64,000 bases of DNA from Candidatus Moraniibacteriota bacterium (GTDB lineage: Bacteria > Patescibacteriota > Minisyncoccia > Moranbacterales > GWC2-37-73): positions 76,395-140,394 of the forward strand of contig DNVR01000019.1 of NCBI GenBank assembly GCA_003507445.1, written 5' to 3'. The notes beneath the pieces were generated by a model that saw only the letters and a list, made by a program, of their open reading frames with translations, was not told the DNA's origin and ran no database searches. Below are positions 7,950-17,746 of the stretch, in pieces (the first letter of the stretch is position 1; each line of letters starts with the position of its first letter). The translations under genes and the position numbers were made by a program.

Positions 7950-8170
7950 TATTTTTTTTATTCTAATTTTTAGATGTCTAAATTGTACCATAGGAATTGA
8001 TATTTGGGAAAATTTTTGCGGTGGACATTTTTAGTTTTCAGTTGTAGTATTAATTATTATGAAATTTGAAATAAATTCAAAATGTAAACCAGCTGGTGAC
8101 CCCAGTAGCAGATCCGTCTGCTGACGGCTCGCTACGGGGCAAGCCAACCTCAATTTTATAAAATATTATT

Positions 8171-10129
8171 ATGAAATTTGTAATCGATAGTAAATTTAAG
8201 CCAAGTGGAGATCAACCAAGTGCAATTGAGGCTCTTATATATGGCTTGGAACATCGGGAGAAATTTCAGACGTTGTTGGGTGTGACGGGATCTGGGAAAA
8301 CATTCACGATGGCGAATGTGATTGAGCACGTGCAAAAACCGACTTTAGTGATTGCGCCGAACAAAACTTTGGCGGCACAGTTGGTGCAAGAGTTTCGAAC
8401 TTTTTTTCCAAAAAATGCAGTGGAATATTTTGTGTCGTATTATGATTATTATCAACCGGAAGCGTATATTTCTTCATCGGATACTTATATAGAAAAGGAA
8501 GTGCAGATAAACGAGGAAATTGATCGTTTGCGTCACGCTGCAACCAGTGGTCTTTTGTCGAGGAGAGATGTGATCATTGTGGCATCGGTTTCTTGTATCT
8601 ATGGTTTGGGCAGTCCGGATTATTATCGCGAAGGAACGGCTGAGGTTATTGTGGGCGAAAAGAAAAATCGTGAGGAATTGATGAAGGGAATGATCGATAT
8701 GCAATATCATCGAACGGATGTGTTGGCACGCGGAAAGTTTCGAGTAACAGGCGACACGATTGAGGTGATGACGCCGAGTCGAGAAATTGTGACTCGCATT
8801 GAATTGAAAAATGGCAAGGTTGCTCGCATTTACGAATATGATTTCTTGACCGGAGAAAAATTGGGCGAGCTTGAAAAAACTCTGATATATCCAGCCAAAC
8901 ATTTTGTGGTGCCGGAACCAGTGATGAAAGAGGCATTGGGCGAAATCGAAAAGGAAGCAAAAGAGCGCGTGAAATATTTCAGAGATAATAATAAATTATT
9001 GGAGGCTGAAAGAATTGAGAGGCGAACCAAACAGGATTTGGAAATGATGCGCGAAGTTGGATATTGTAATGGAATTGAAAATTATTCTCGCTATTTGACT
9101 GAGAGGGAAGCTGGCGAGCCGCCGTATACTTTGGTGGATTATTTCCCAAAAGATTTTTTGATGATTATTGATGAATCACACGTAACGATTCCGCAATTAA
9201 ATGCAATGTATGCTGGCGATCGTTCTCGAAAAAACGCACTTATTGAGAATGGTTTTCGTTTGCCAAGTGCATATGACAATAGACCGCTTAAGTTTGATGA
9301 ATTTGAAGAGCGCATCAATCAACTTATTTTTACCACAGCTACACCAGCTGCTTATGAAAAAGAGCATTCCAGTTCAACAGCGCAGCAGATAATCAGACCA
9401 ACTGGACTCCTTGATCCGGAAATTATTATTAAATCTGCCAAGGGACAAGTGAAAGATGTGCTGGCTGAAATTGAAAAAGTTGTTGCAAAAAAAGAAAGAG
9501 TCTTAATTACCGCACTTACAAAAAAGATGGCAGAAGATCTTTCAGAATTTTTGAAAGAAAATGGAGTGCGCTGCGAATATTTGCATTCGGATGTGGACAC
9601 GCTGGATCGCGTGCTTATTTTGCAGGGACTTCGCAAGGGAGATTTTGATGTTTTGGTTGGCGTTAATCTTTTGCGCGAAGGCTTGGATCTTCCTGAAGTT
9701 TCTTTGGTAGCAATTTTGGATGCTGACAAAGAGGGCTTTTTGCGCAGTGAAACATCGCTTATTCAAACAATCGGACGAGCTGCCAGAAATATTAATGGCC
9801 GCGTTATTTTGTATGCTGACAATATCACTGGCTCAATGAAGCGCGCTATTGATGAGACAAATCGTAGACGCACTTTGCAGACAGCATACAATAAAAAACA
9901 TCATATTACTCCAAAAACTATCGAAAAAAATATTAAATCAATTGTGGATCATGAAATTAATCCTGAAGTACCACTTGATTTTTCTAAGCTGGAATCACTC
10001 GAAGACATTGCAGGTTATATCAAGCAAAAAGAAAAAGAAATGAAAAACGCTGCTCGCTCAATGGAATTTGAAAAAGCCGCCCTTATCCGCGATGAGATTT
10101 CCACCCTGCGAAAACTGCAGTTGAAATAG
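8171..10129 (+). CDS. uvrB: Excinuclease ABC subunit B
   Basis: GVTGSGKTF Walker A, helicase motifs, and a C-terminal UVR domain (MEFEKAALIRDEISTLRKLQ). 652 aa. Confidence 0.95.
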   Translation: MKFVIDSKFKPSGDQPSAIEALIYGLEHREKFQTLLGVTGSGKTFTMANVIEHVQKPTLVIAPNKTLAAQLVQEFRTFFPKNAVEYFVSYYDYYQPEAYISSSDTYIEKEVQINEEIDRLRHAATSGLLSRRDVIIVASVSCIYGLGSPDYYREGTAEVIVGEKKNREELMKGMIDMQYHRTDVLARGKFRVTGDTIEVMTPSREIVTRIELKNGKVARIYEYDFLTGEKLGELEKTLIYPAKHFVVPEPVMKEALGEIEKEAKERVKYFRDNNKLLEAERIERRTKQDLEMMREVGYCNGIENYSRYLTEREAGEPPYTLVDYFPKDFLMIIDESHVTIPQLNAMYAGDRSRKNALIENGFRLPSAYDNRPLKFDEFEERINQLIFTTATPAAYEKEHSSSTAQQIIRPTGLLDPEIIIKSAKGQVKDVLAEIEKVVAKKERVLITALTKKMAEDLSEFLKENGVRCEYLHSDVDTLDRVLILQGLRKGDFDVLVGVNLLREGLDLPEVSLVAILDADKEGFLRSETSLIQTIGRAARNINGRVILYADNITGSMKRAIDETNRRRTLQTAYNKKHHITPKTIEKNIKSIVDHEINPEVPLDFSKLESLEDIAGYIKQKEKEMKNAARSMEFEKAALIRDEISTLRKLQLK

Positions 10130-10157
10130 TTTCAATTTTACATCTTTGACAAATGGT

Positions 10158-10177
10158 CTGTAATTGATATATTACAG
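10158..10177 (+). promoter_or_regulatory. Inverted repeat CTGTAAT-N6-ATTACAG inside a TTGACA-N17 promoter upstream of the orphan gene at 10252
   Basis: ctgtaattgatatattacag, with TTGACA at 10146-10151. A candidate operator site. Confidence 0.35.
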
Positions 10178-10251
10178 TTGTTATGGTTATTTTAAAAAGC
10201 AGCTTCATATGAACGTGCGAATAGGGAGTATCTAACCGAGAGGAGGAGGAC

Positions 10252-10686
10252 ATGACTGAGAATAAGAATGCGATAAATTGTGCTGGTGTTCCGCTTGTTC
10301 CTGGAGGTATGACGCTTAAAGAGCATGTTGAAGGTGGTATTTTGGTTTGGAATCCAGCCATAATAAAGCCATTTCTTTTCGAGGAACAAAAAAGGCCTGG
10401 AGGAATTCTTGGCAGAAACTTGCTTGAATTGCATCCACTGTACTCAATCCCAGTTGCCTATGGCAACATTCTCGATTTTCTACTGGAAAACCCCGCACAT
10501 ATTCGCGTGGAATGGGATGGATTGGTTTTTTTAGATCCCGTTTTTAAAGCATATGACAAGAGTCTTCATGTGCGGCAGTTAATTCGGGAGATAAATGGAC
10601 AATATCATGCCAGCTCGCTATGGTTGGATGTTAGTATGTGCGAGATTCATCCAATAGCACTTTTGAATGGGAATGTTCCAATGTAG
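10252..10686 (+). CDS. Hypothetical protein (orphan, GC-richer)
   Basis: 144-aa ORF with a strong SD (gagaggaggaggac ATG), its own promoter-like region and a strong downstream terminator. No recognisable motif. Confidence 0.45.
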   Translation: MTENKNAINCAGVPLVPGGMTLKEHVEGGILVWNPAIIKPFLFEEQKRPGGILGRNLLELHPLYSIPVAYGNILDFLLENPAHIRVEWDGLVFLDPVFKAYDKSLHVRQLIREINGQYHASSLWLDVSMCEIHPIALLNGNVPM

Positions 10687-10692
10687 AGGCCT

Positions 10693-10761
10693 GTTGAACC
10701 ACCTTCAGCGTTCAACAAAAAGCGACCCTGAGCTATAGAAATAGTAAGGGGTCTTTTTTTT
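10693..10761 (+). terminator. Tandem hairpins ending in T8 (rho-independent terminator)
   Basis: gttgaaccaccttcagcgttcaac and gaccctgagctatagaaatagtaaggggtc, followed by tttttttt. Confidence 0.6.
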
Positions 10762-10854
10762 GTTGTCTTGTGTTATTTTGAATAGCCTTGTAAAATGGAT
10801 TAAGTGTAAAAATGTATTGTTTTTAATAAAAATTAAGTATTAATATAAATATCT

Positions 10855-11961
10855 ATGGAGGGAGAAAACAAAGTAGAAGACAAAATATTGGAAGCGTCAG
10901 AAACAAAAGTTGATTCATCTGTCGGGGAGGCAGGAAAAAAGGTTTCTTTTGTTGAAAAAATGAAAAAGGTGTGTTGTAATGATGGATCTTGCAAAATTAA
11001 TTGCAAAAACAAAGGCCTTATAGTTGCTGCTGTTATTTTGTTGCTGTTGGTTGCGGGTAGTTATGGATATAAACAATATCGACAGAAGATAGATCTTGGT
11101 TCAGATGCTGTGAAAACTAAGGTAGAGAAATTCTTGAGTGAAAATGTTCCAGCAACAGCAAAGACTGGAATTAAAGATATAACCAAGGATGGAGATTTGT
11201 ATAAAATTACAGTTACTGTTGATAAGCAAGAAATTCCAATATTTGTGACTCGTGATGGGAAAAAGCTTATCCAAGCACAAGGTGTTATCGATTTGGACCA
11301 AAAACCAGCCGATCCAAATGCTCAAGCGCAAGCTCCTGAAAAAACAGAAGCTGAAAACAAAACCGATGTGCCAGTTGTTGATTTGTTTGTGATGAGTTAC
11401 TGCCCATATGGACTTCAAATGGAAAGAGGTGTTTTGCCAGCAGTTGAAGCGCTTGGAGCAAAAATAAAATTCAATGTAAAATTTGTTGATTATACTTTGC
11501 ACGGACAAAAAGAAGTTACTGAAAATGTTAATCAATATTGCATTGGAAAAACACAGCCAACTAAGTTGAATAATTATCTAAAATGTTTTTGGAAAGACAG
11601 CAAAGGTACAGCGGCTGCTTGTATGAAAACTGCAGGGGTTAATGCTGCTAGTGTCGCAACTTGTGTTGCTGATACCAACAAGGAATTTAATCCAACAGAA
11701 AAAGCGATGGGATTGAACAAGGAAGAAACTGTGAAATTTGGAGTGCAAGGATCTCCAACACTTGTGATTAATGGAACAACTGTTTCATCTAGCCGCGATA
11801 GCGCAAGTGTTTTGAAAGCTATTTGCTCAGGATTCACAACTCAGCCTAAGGAATGTGAGGCGAAATTGTCTACCACAGCTCCTGCAGCTGGATTTGATGA
11901 TGAAGCTGCTGCAGCAGGAGGAGCAGCATCTGCTGCATCTTGCGCAACACCAACAAACTAA
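10855..11961 (+). CDS. Membrane-anchored thioredoxin-fold thiol:disulfide oxidoreductase (DsbA-like)
   Basis: N-terminal TM (LIVAAVILLLLVAGSYGY), a CxxC active site (SYCPYG), and an Ala-rich C-terminal tail. Confidence 0.6.
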   Translation: MEGENKVEDKILEASETKVDSSVGEAGKKVSFVEKMKKVCCNDGSCKINCKNKGLIVAAVILLLLVAGSYGYKQYRQKIDLGSDAVKTKVEKFLSENVPATAKTGIKDITKDGDLYKITVTVDKQEIPIFVTRDGKKLIQAQGVIDLDQKPADPNAQAQAPEKTEAENKTDVPVVDLFVMSYCPYGLQMERGVLPAVEALGAKIKFNVKFVDYTLHGQKEVTENVNQYCIGKTQPTKLNNYLKCFWKDSKGTAAACMKTAGVNAASVATCVADTNKEFNPTEKAMGLNKEETVKFGVQGSPTLVINGTTVSSSRDSASVLKAICSGFTTQPKECEAKLSTTAPAAGFDDEAAAAGGAASAASCATPTN

Positions 11962-12041
11962 TAACATCCTACAAAATTGATTTCTTCTTAAAAGCGTAGT
12001 ACTATGTATTACGCTTTTAAATTTATGATTTAATTTTAAAT

Positions 12042-14936
12042 ATGCAGGAAGACAAGATAATTATAAAGGGTGCGCGCGAGCACAATTTAAAAAATATTGA
12101 TCTGGAATTGCCTCGGAACAAGTTCATTGTTTTTACGGGTCTTTCGGGCAGTGGAAAATCAACTTTGGCATTTGATACTATTTTTGCTGAAGGGCAAAGA
12201 CGATATCTGGAAAGTTTGTCGAGTTATGCGCGTCAATTTTTGGGACAGATGGATAAGCCAGATGTTGATTATATCCAAGGTCTTTCGCCTGCAATTTCTA
12301 TTGATCAAAAATCAACCTCACACAATCCTCGTTCAACAGTGGGAACGGTAACTGAAATCAATGATTACCTGAGGCTTCTTTTTGCTAAAATTGGCGTTCC
12401 TCATTGCAGTGTTTGTGGGCGTGAAATTTCAAAACTTTCCACCGATGAAATTGTGGATAGAATTTTGGATATGGGCGGAAAAAAGAAATCACAAACAATT
12501 GAAATTTCTTCGCCAATTGTGCGCGAGCGAAAAGGCGAATATTTGGCAATGTTGGATGATATGTGGAAGCGTGGTTATTCAGAGGCGATTGTGGATGGAA
12601 AACTGGAAAGATTGGAAAATTTTAAAGATATAAAATTAGGAAGATATAACAAGCATAGTATCGATATTATTGTTGATACGGTTGTTATTAATGAAGAAAA
12701 TCTTAGTAGGATTTTTGAAGGAGTTGAAAAAGCGCTCAGGCTTTCGCACGGAATTGTAAAAGTGAAATGCGTAAAAGAGTTGAAAGTTGAAAGTAGCAAG
12801 TCGAAAGAAATTGGATGTGTTGAACAGATTTTTAATCAGAATTTGTCTTGTCCGATTCACGATATTGAATTTCCAGAAATGGAGCCGCGCCTTTTTTCTT
12901 TTAATTCTCCTTATGGTGCCTGCGAGGGTTGCGAAGGTCTGGGTATGAAAAAAGAAATTGATCCTGCGCGAGTGATGCCAGATATGAATAAAACTATTGG
13001 CGAAGGAGGGATTATGCCTTGGAGTTTTAAACCTAATAATTATCAAGGAACGGTGCTAAAAGCAGTAGCTCAATATTATAGTATTCCTGACAATAAACGC
13101 TTGCGGGATTTGCCAAAAGATAAGATTGATATTTTGATGTATGGAACTGAGGACGAAGATTTGATAAAAGTTAAATATCATTTTAAAAGTGGCAGCGGTC
13201 ATTATAATGTGCGTTGGAAAGGTGTGGTGGCGTGGCTGCAGGAAAGATATCGCACGACAACCTCAGATGCAGTGCGCACAGACATTGAAAAATATATGTC
13301 GCAAAAACCTTGTTCGACTTGCGGAGGAAGCAGATATAAAAGTGACGTGCTTCTCGTTAGTGTTGGGGGTAAAAATATTTATGAAATTTCGGCGCTTAGT
13401 ATTTGGCAGTGTATCGAATTTTTTAAAAATTTAAAATTAACTGCCCGAGAGGAATTGATTGCTGGCAGAATTTTAAAAGAAATTGTTGCGCGCTTGGTTT
13501 TTCTTAATAACGTTGGTCTGGATTATTTGACTCTTGGGCGAGCAGCGTATTCTCTTTCTGGTGGAGAATCACAGCGCATACGTTTGGCTTCTCAGATTGG
13601 TTCACAACTGGTTGGAGTTTTGTATATTTTAGATGAGCCATCTATTGGTCTTCATGCTCGCGATAATGCAAAACTCATTGAAACATTAAGGCAGTTGCAA
13701 CAAATCGGCAACACATTAATTGTGATTGAACACGATGAAGAAATGATGCGCTCTGCTGACTGGCTGGTTGATATTGGTCCGGGAGCAGGAAAGCACGGCG
13801 GCGAAATTGTGGCGCAAGGATTGCCCGAAGATGTTATTAATAATCCAAAGTCACTTACTGGAAAATACCTTCGAAATGAGCTTGAAATTGAAATTCCAAA
13901 ATTCAGAAGACAAATGAAAAGAAAGAAGAGTATCACAGTGCGAGGAGCTTCTGAGCATAATTTGAAAAATGTGACAGTGGAATTTCCACTTAAAGTTTTC
14001 ACTTGCGTGACTGGAGTTTCTGGATCTGGAAAATCAACATTGGTAGAAGAAACTTTATACAAGGCGTTGGCTAATAAATTGCATCGCGCGCTTGATGTGC
14101 CTGCAAAGCATAATGAAATTATTGGCATTGAAAATATCAACAAGGTTATTATGATTGATCAATCTCCAATTGGGAGAACGCCGCGCTCAAACCCTGCCAC
14201 TTATACTGGTCTTTTTACGCATATTCGCGAGCTGTTTGCGCAAACAAAAGACGCCAAGCTTAGGGGATATGGTCCTGGCAGATTCTCATTTAACGTGGCT
14301 GGCGGGCGCTGCGACAATTGCTCTGGCGAGGGATATCTTAAAATCGAAATGCAGTTTATGCCCGATGTGTATTTGCCGTGCGATGTTTGTAATAGTAAAA
14401 GATATAACAGTGAAACTTTGCAAGTTAAATATAAGGGTAAAAATATTTCAGAGGTGCTGGCGATGACAGTTTCTGAAGGCGTTGAATTTTTTGGCGCACT
14501 TTCAAAAATATACGAACCACTTAAAGTTTTGGAGGAAGTTGGTTTGGGGTATATTGAACTTGGTCAAAGCGCCACCACACTTTCTGGTGGAGAAGCGCAG
14601 CGTATAAAACTTGCCAGCGAACTTTCGCGTCGCGCGACTGGAAATACTTTATATATTTTGGATGAGCCAACCACAGGTCTTCATTTTGATGACATCAAAA
14701 AACTTTTAACAGTGCTCAATCGTCTTGTGGATGCGGGAAACACCGTTGTTGTTATTGAACACAATATGGACGTGATTAAAACTGCAGATTGGATCATCGA
14801 TATGGGACCGGAGGGTGGCGACGGCGGCGGAAAAGTTGTTGTCACTGGTCCACCAGAAGAAGTTATCAAATATCACAAAGAAAGTTATACCGCTAAATAT
14901 TTGCGACAAGTCCTGAAGCCGAAAAGCATACAATAA
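12042..14936 (+). CDS. uvrA: Excinuclease ABC subunit A (copy 1)
   Basis: Two ABC ATPase modules ([10 protein letters not shown] and [10 protein letters not shown]), Zn-finger Cys pairs, LSGGE signatures. 964 aa. Confidence 0.95.
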   Translation: MQEDKIIIKGAREHNLKNIDLELPRNKFIVFTGLSGSGKSTLAFDTIFAEGQRRYLESLSSYARQFLGQMDKPDVDYIQGLSPAISIDQKSTSHNPRSTVGTVTEINDYLRLLFAKIGVPHCSVCGREISKLSTDEIVDRILDMGGKKKSQTIEISSPIVRERKGEYLAMLDDMWKRGYSEAIVDGKLERLENFKDIKLGRYNKHSIDIIVDTVVINEENLSRIFEGVEKALRLSHGIVKVKCVKELKVESSKSKEIGCVEQIFNQNLSCPIHDIEFPEMEPRLFSFNSPYGACEGCEGLGMKKEIDPARVMPDMNKTIGEGGIMPWSFKPNNYQGTVLKAVAQYYSIPDNKRLRDLPKDKIDILMYGTEDEDLIKVKYHFKSGSGHYNVRWKGVVAWLQERYRTTTSDAVRTDIEKYMSQKPCSTCGGSRYKSDVLLVSVGGKNIYEISALSIWQCIEFFKNLKLTAREELIAGRILKEIVARLVFLNNVGLDYLTLGRAAYSLSGGESQRIRLASQIGSQLVGVLYILDEPSIGLHARDNAKLIETLRQLQQIGNTLIVIEHDEEMMRSADWLVDIGPGAGKHGGEIVAQGLPEDVINNPKSLTGKYLRNELEIEIPKFRRQMKRKKSITVRGASEHNLKNVTVEFPLKVFTCVTGVSGSGKSTLVEETLYKALANKLHRALDVPAKHNEIIGIENINKVIMIDQSPIGRTPRSNPATYTGLFTHIRELFAQTKDAKLRGYGPGRFSFNVAGGRCDNCSGEGYLKIEMQFMPDVYLPCDVCNSKRYNSETLQVKYKGKNISEVLAMTVSEGVEFFGALSKIYEPLKVLEEVGLGYIELGQSATTLSGGEAQRIKLASELSRRATGNTLYILDEPTTGLHFDDIKKLLTVLNRLVDAGNTVVVIEHNMDVIKTADWIIDMGPEGGDGGGKVVVTGPPEEVIKYHKESYTAKYLRQVLKPKSIQ

Positions 14937-15061
14937 CTTTCTTCCTTATCTTTCTCTCCTCAGATGAGGAGAGATGTCATGTACTCGTGACAGAGAGGTT
15001 TGAGCATTGCATGACCCACAAATCTACAAATCTGCTACGAATCTACAAATACATCAATCTT

Positions 15062-15176
15062 GTTATTCCGGGCTTGACCCGGAATCTAGGTTTAGCACAT
15101 CATGCTCTATGTTGTAGTTGATTATAATTGGCTAATTAAGTGCTAGATCCTAGATTCCCACCTACGCGGGAATGAC
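15062..15176. mobile_element. GTCAT...ATGAC palindromic MITE-like element (P1 family), intergenic copy 2
   Basis: gttattccgggcttgacccggaatctaggtttagcac ... gtgctagatcctagattcccacctacgcgggaatgac. Upstream is an (ATCTACAA)3 repeat at 15010-15050. Confidence 0.55.
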
Positions 15177-15217
15177 ATAATAAAAAATATAGTTTTTTGG
15201 TGTTGATATTTTGAGAT

Positions 15218-15267
15218 AAAAAAAGAGGACGGAAGTTTTTCTAGCGATGCTAGTAAACTTCCGTCCT
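15218..15267 (-). terminator. Rho-independent terminator for the minus-strand gene 15287-15616
   Basis: 12-bp stem aggacggaagttt...aaacttccgtcct, with a U-run on the minus strand (plus-strand aaaaaaa at 15218-15224). Confidence 0.65.
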
Positions 15268-15286
15268 TGGTACAGTCTGGCAGTGG

Positions 15287-15616
15287 TTATTTTTTTCTGG
15301 GTTCGTGATCAATCCAGAGAAACATGAAACTGCCACGATCGTATGTTTCATGCCATCCAGTTATTTTTAATTCCGGATGTTTTTCCATGAAGGCATTTTT
15401 TATTTCCAGAATTGTTTTTGCAATTTTGAGGTCATCTTGATTGGATAATCCAACTCTTACGCTGTGATCATTATAAAGTGGAATGCTCGTTGTGTTTCCA
15501 ACTGTTATGGCATTCGCCAAGTTTCTTGTTACTGTTGTCCCATACCTTTCAGCGCGGACATCTAATGAAGCAAAAAATATGCTTGCCATTATCAATGTCA
15601 CCAATATTTTTTTCAT
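15287..15616 (-). CDS. Small secreted hypothetical protein
   Basis: 109 aa with signal peptide MKKILVTLIMASIFFASLDVRA. No known domain. Confidence 0.45.
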   Translation of the reverse strand: MKKILVTLIMASIFFASLDVRAERYGTTVTRNLANAITVGNTTSIPLYNDHSVRVGLSNQDDLKIAKTILEIKNAFMEKHPELKITGWHETYDRGSFMFLWIDHEPRKK

Positions 15617-15724
15617 TGTTGTCTCCCAGCCTCTTTTTTGAGGTCTTTGTTTTATTGCCTAAAATAGGCGTTTGATTGTAATATATAATTGTTCAGGTAC
15701 AATAGTATATTATATTCCTAAATT

Positions 15725-17212
15725 ATGAAAAAGTCAAGATTACAGCGGAAAGTAGCTGAGCTGCCTCAAAATCCGGGGGTGTATTTTTTTCGTGATCAAG
15801 AGGGTAAGATTTTATATATTGGCAAGGCGACAAACCTTCGTTCCAGAGTTCAGTCGTATTTTCGCAATGTCATCCCGAACTCGTTTCAGGATCTAGATGA
15901 GCCTAGCGAGATGCTGAAACAAGTTCAGCATGACACAAAGGGATTCTTGAGCGTTCCTGGGCGGAGTGAATGGATTGGGTTGATGGTGGCTCAAGTTGTG
16001 GATATTGATTTTGAGCAGACGGATTCAGTTTTGGAAGCGCTGATTTTGGAAAGCAATTTAATTAAAAAATATCAGCCAAAATATAATACTCTGGAGAAAG
16101 ATGATAAATCATTTTCGTATTTTGTTGTCACTAAAGAAGAATTTCCAAAAGTTTTGATTGTGAGAAAAACAGATTTAGTTTGTCATCCCGCACTTGATGC
16201 GGGTTCCAGTCACACGCACAAATCTGGCTCAGCTCTGGATTCCCGCCTACGCGGGAATGACAAGGCCTCAAAGCCTTGTAAAAAAATACAAAATACCAAA
16301 TACCAGATACCATATACCAAGACCTTCGGTCCTTATACGAGCAAGCAACAAATGCAGACCGCGCTGAAAATTATCCGTCGCATTTTCCCGTTTCATGCTG
16401 GGAAACAAAAAACTGAAAAAGGCTGTTTGGATTTTCAAATCGGTCTTTGTCCTGGGCCGTACGCTGATGCAATTTCAAAAACTGATTATAAAAAAAATAT
16501 TCGAGGGATTGAAATGATTTTGCAGGGGAAGAAAAAAAGCTTGATTTCAAAAATGGAAAAAGAAATGCAAGTTTTTTCCAAAAAAAATGAATTTGAAAAA
16601 GCGGCAGTTCTCCGAAATAAAATTTTTGCATTGCAGCACATTCGCGATGTGGCACTGATGACAAGGGAGATGGAACATGGAGCATGGAACATGGAGCATG
16701 AAATACAAGATACAAAATACCAAATACCAAATACCAGAATCGAGGCTTATGATATCTCCAACATCTCTGGACAATATGCTGTTGGTTCAATGGTGGTTTT
16801 TGAAAATGGTATGCCGAATAAATCGCAGTATCGCAAGTTTAAAATAAAAACTGTTGATGGCAGTAATGATGTGGCGATGATGAAAGAAGTTTTGTCGCGA
16901 AGATTTAATAATGATTGGTCAATGCCAGATTTGATTTTGCTGGATGGCGGACAGGGACACGTTAATATGGCAGGGGATTTGGTGCGCGAATTAGGACTAG
17001 ATTTGTTGATTGTCGGTGTGGCTAAAGGTAAGACGCGTAAAAATCTCAATTTCCAATTTCCAATTTCCAATAAAATCCCAATGTCTCAATTTCCAAAAGA
17101 AATGCAAGAGTTTTTAAATGATAAGAATCTGGTTAAATCTATTATGGATGAGGCTCACCGCTTTGCAATTGCTTATCATCGAAAATTACGCAGTAAAAAC
17201 GCCTTAAAATAA
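15725..17212 (+). CDS. uvrC: Excinuclease ABC subunit C (GIY-YIG, UVR and RNase H-like endonuclease domains, no C-terminal HhH), carrying several in-frame repeat/MITE insertions
   Basis: GVYFFRDQEGKILYIGKATNLRSRVQSYFR (GIY-YIG), EFEKAAVLRNKIFALQ (UVR), and a DISNISGQ...LLDGGQGH endonuclease core. Inserted peptides: SFQDLDEPSEMLKQVQHD, CHPALDAGSS...DSRLRGNDK, NTKYQIPYTK, MEHGAWNMEHEIQDTKYQIPNT and NFQFPISN. Confidence 0.85.
   Translation: MKKSRLQRKVAELPQNPGVYFFRDQEGKILYIGKATNLRSRVQSYFRNVIPNSFQDLDEPSEMLKQVQHDTKGFLSVPGRSEWIGLMVAQVVDIDFEQTDSVLEALILESNLIKKYQPKYNTLEKDDKSFSYFVVTKEEFPKVLIVRKTDLVCHPALDAGSSHTHKSGSALDSRLRGNDKASKPCKKIQNTKYQIPYTKTFGPYTSKQQMQTALKIIRRIFPFHAGKQKTEKGCLDFQIGLCPGPYADAISKTDYKKNIRGIEMILQGKKKSLISKMEKEMQVFSKKNEFEKAAVLRNKIFALQHIRDVALMTREMEHGAWNMEHEIQDTKYQIPNTRIEAYDISNISGQYAVGSMVVFENGMPNKSQYRKFKIKTVDGSNDVAMMKEVLSRRFNNDWSMPDLILLDGGQGHVNMAGDLVRELGLDLLIVGVAKGKTRKNLNFQFPISNKIPMSQFPKEMQEFLNDKNLVKSIMDEAHRFAIAYHRKLRSKNALK
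15869..15934. mobile_element. P2-family palindromic MITE inserted in-frame in uvrC (66 bp)
   Basis: gtcatcccgaactcgtttcaggatctag atgagc ctagcgagatgctgaaacaagttcagcatgac. The same GCTGAAAC/GTTCAGC arms occur twice in the elp3-like gene. Confidence 0.6.
16182..16262. mobile_element. P1-family palindromic MITE inserted in-frame in uvrC (~81 bp)
   Basis: gtcatcccgcacttgatgcgggttccag ... ctggattcccgcctacgcgggaatgaca. Same termini and arms as the intergenic P1 copies. Confidence 0.6.
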
Positions 17213-17311
17213 TTGAAAGACAGTTTGAGTTGTTGCGTATGAATATATACAAATCAAGACTGAGTTTCGAAATGATAGGCGAACTCAGTTTTGTGCAATG
17301 GGAATGGAAAT

Positions 17312-17683
17312 ATGATGAAAAAAATAACACGAAAAACTTTATCAAGCTTTCTTTTGATAGTTGCAATTCTTTTGATTGCAGGTGGTTTTTCTGATGGTAT
17401 GATTGCTTCAGCTGATATGAATTCAATGGAGGATTCATCAATAGTTTTACACCAGAGTGTGCCAGTCAATGATAATGCATTAAAGCCTTGCTGTGAGGAT
17501 AAACAAGGTGGTGCGTCGGCAATTCAGTTTTCAGTTTTTACTCAAAACATAAAATTTTTACCACTTGGCTTTGCTGAAAATATTTCTGGCAGCAATTCAA
17601 TTTTTGAACATAAAATTATAGAATTATCTTCTGCTTCGCCACCGAAGCCGGATATCATTTCTTCCGTTTTCCTGAAGGAATAA
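17312..17683 (+). CDS. Small secreted/membrane hypothetical protein upstream of the copper genes
   Basis: MMKKITRKTLSSFLLIVAILLIAGG signal/TM region. Contains a CC pair and Met-rich stretches. Followed by the hairpin ccctttttaaataaggg with a T-run at 17701-17727. Confidence 0.4.
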   Translation: MMKKITRKTLSSFLLIVAILLIAGGFSDGMIASADMNSMEDSSIVLHQSVPVNDNALKPCCEDKQGGASAIQFSVFTQNIKFLPLGFAENISGSNSIFEHKIIELSSASPPKPDIISSVFLKE

Positions 17684-17746
17684 ATCTTTTCTCTTGTTTG
17701 CCCTTTTTAAATAAGGGTGGTTTTTGGTATACTTAAAAAATAAAAA

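Noticed and set aside
10158-10177. E. coli-type LexA box (CTGT-N8-ACAG) or Bacillus-type (GAAC-N4-GTTC) upstream of the repair genes
   Set aside because: The CTGT...ACAG repeat has 12-nt spacing, and no such site precedes recA, uvrA, uvrB or uvrC. Reported only as a generic candidate operator.
16666-16738. Considered whether the many short tandem repeats could be CRISPR arrays
   Set aside because: The units are 7-8 bp with no unique spacers of 25-40 bp between repeats. No cas genes are present.
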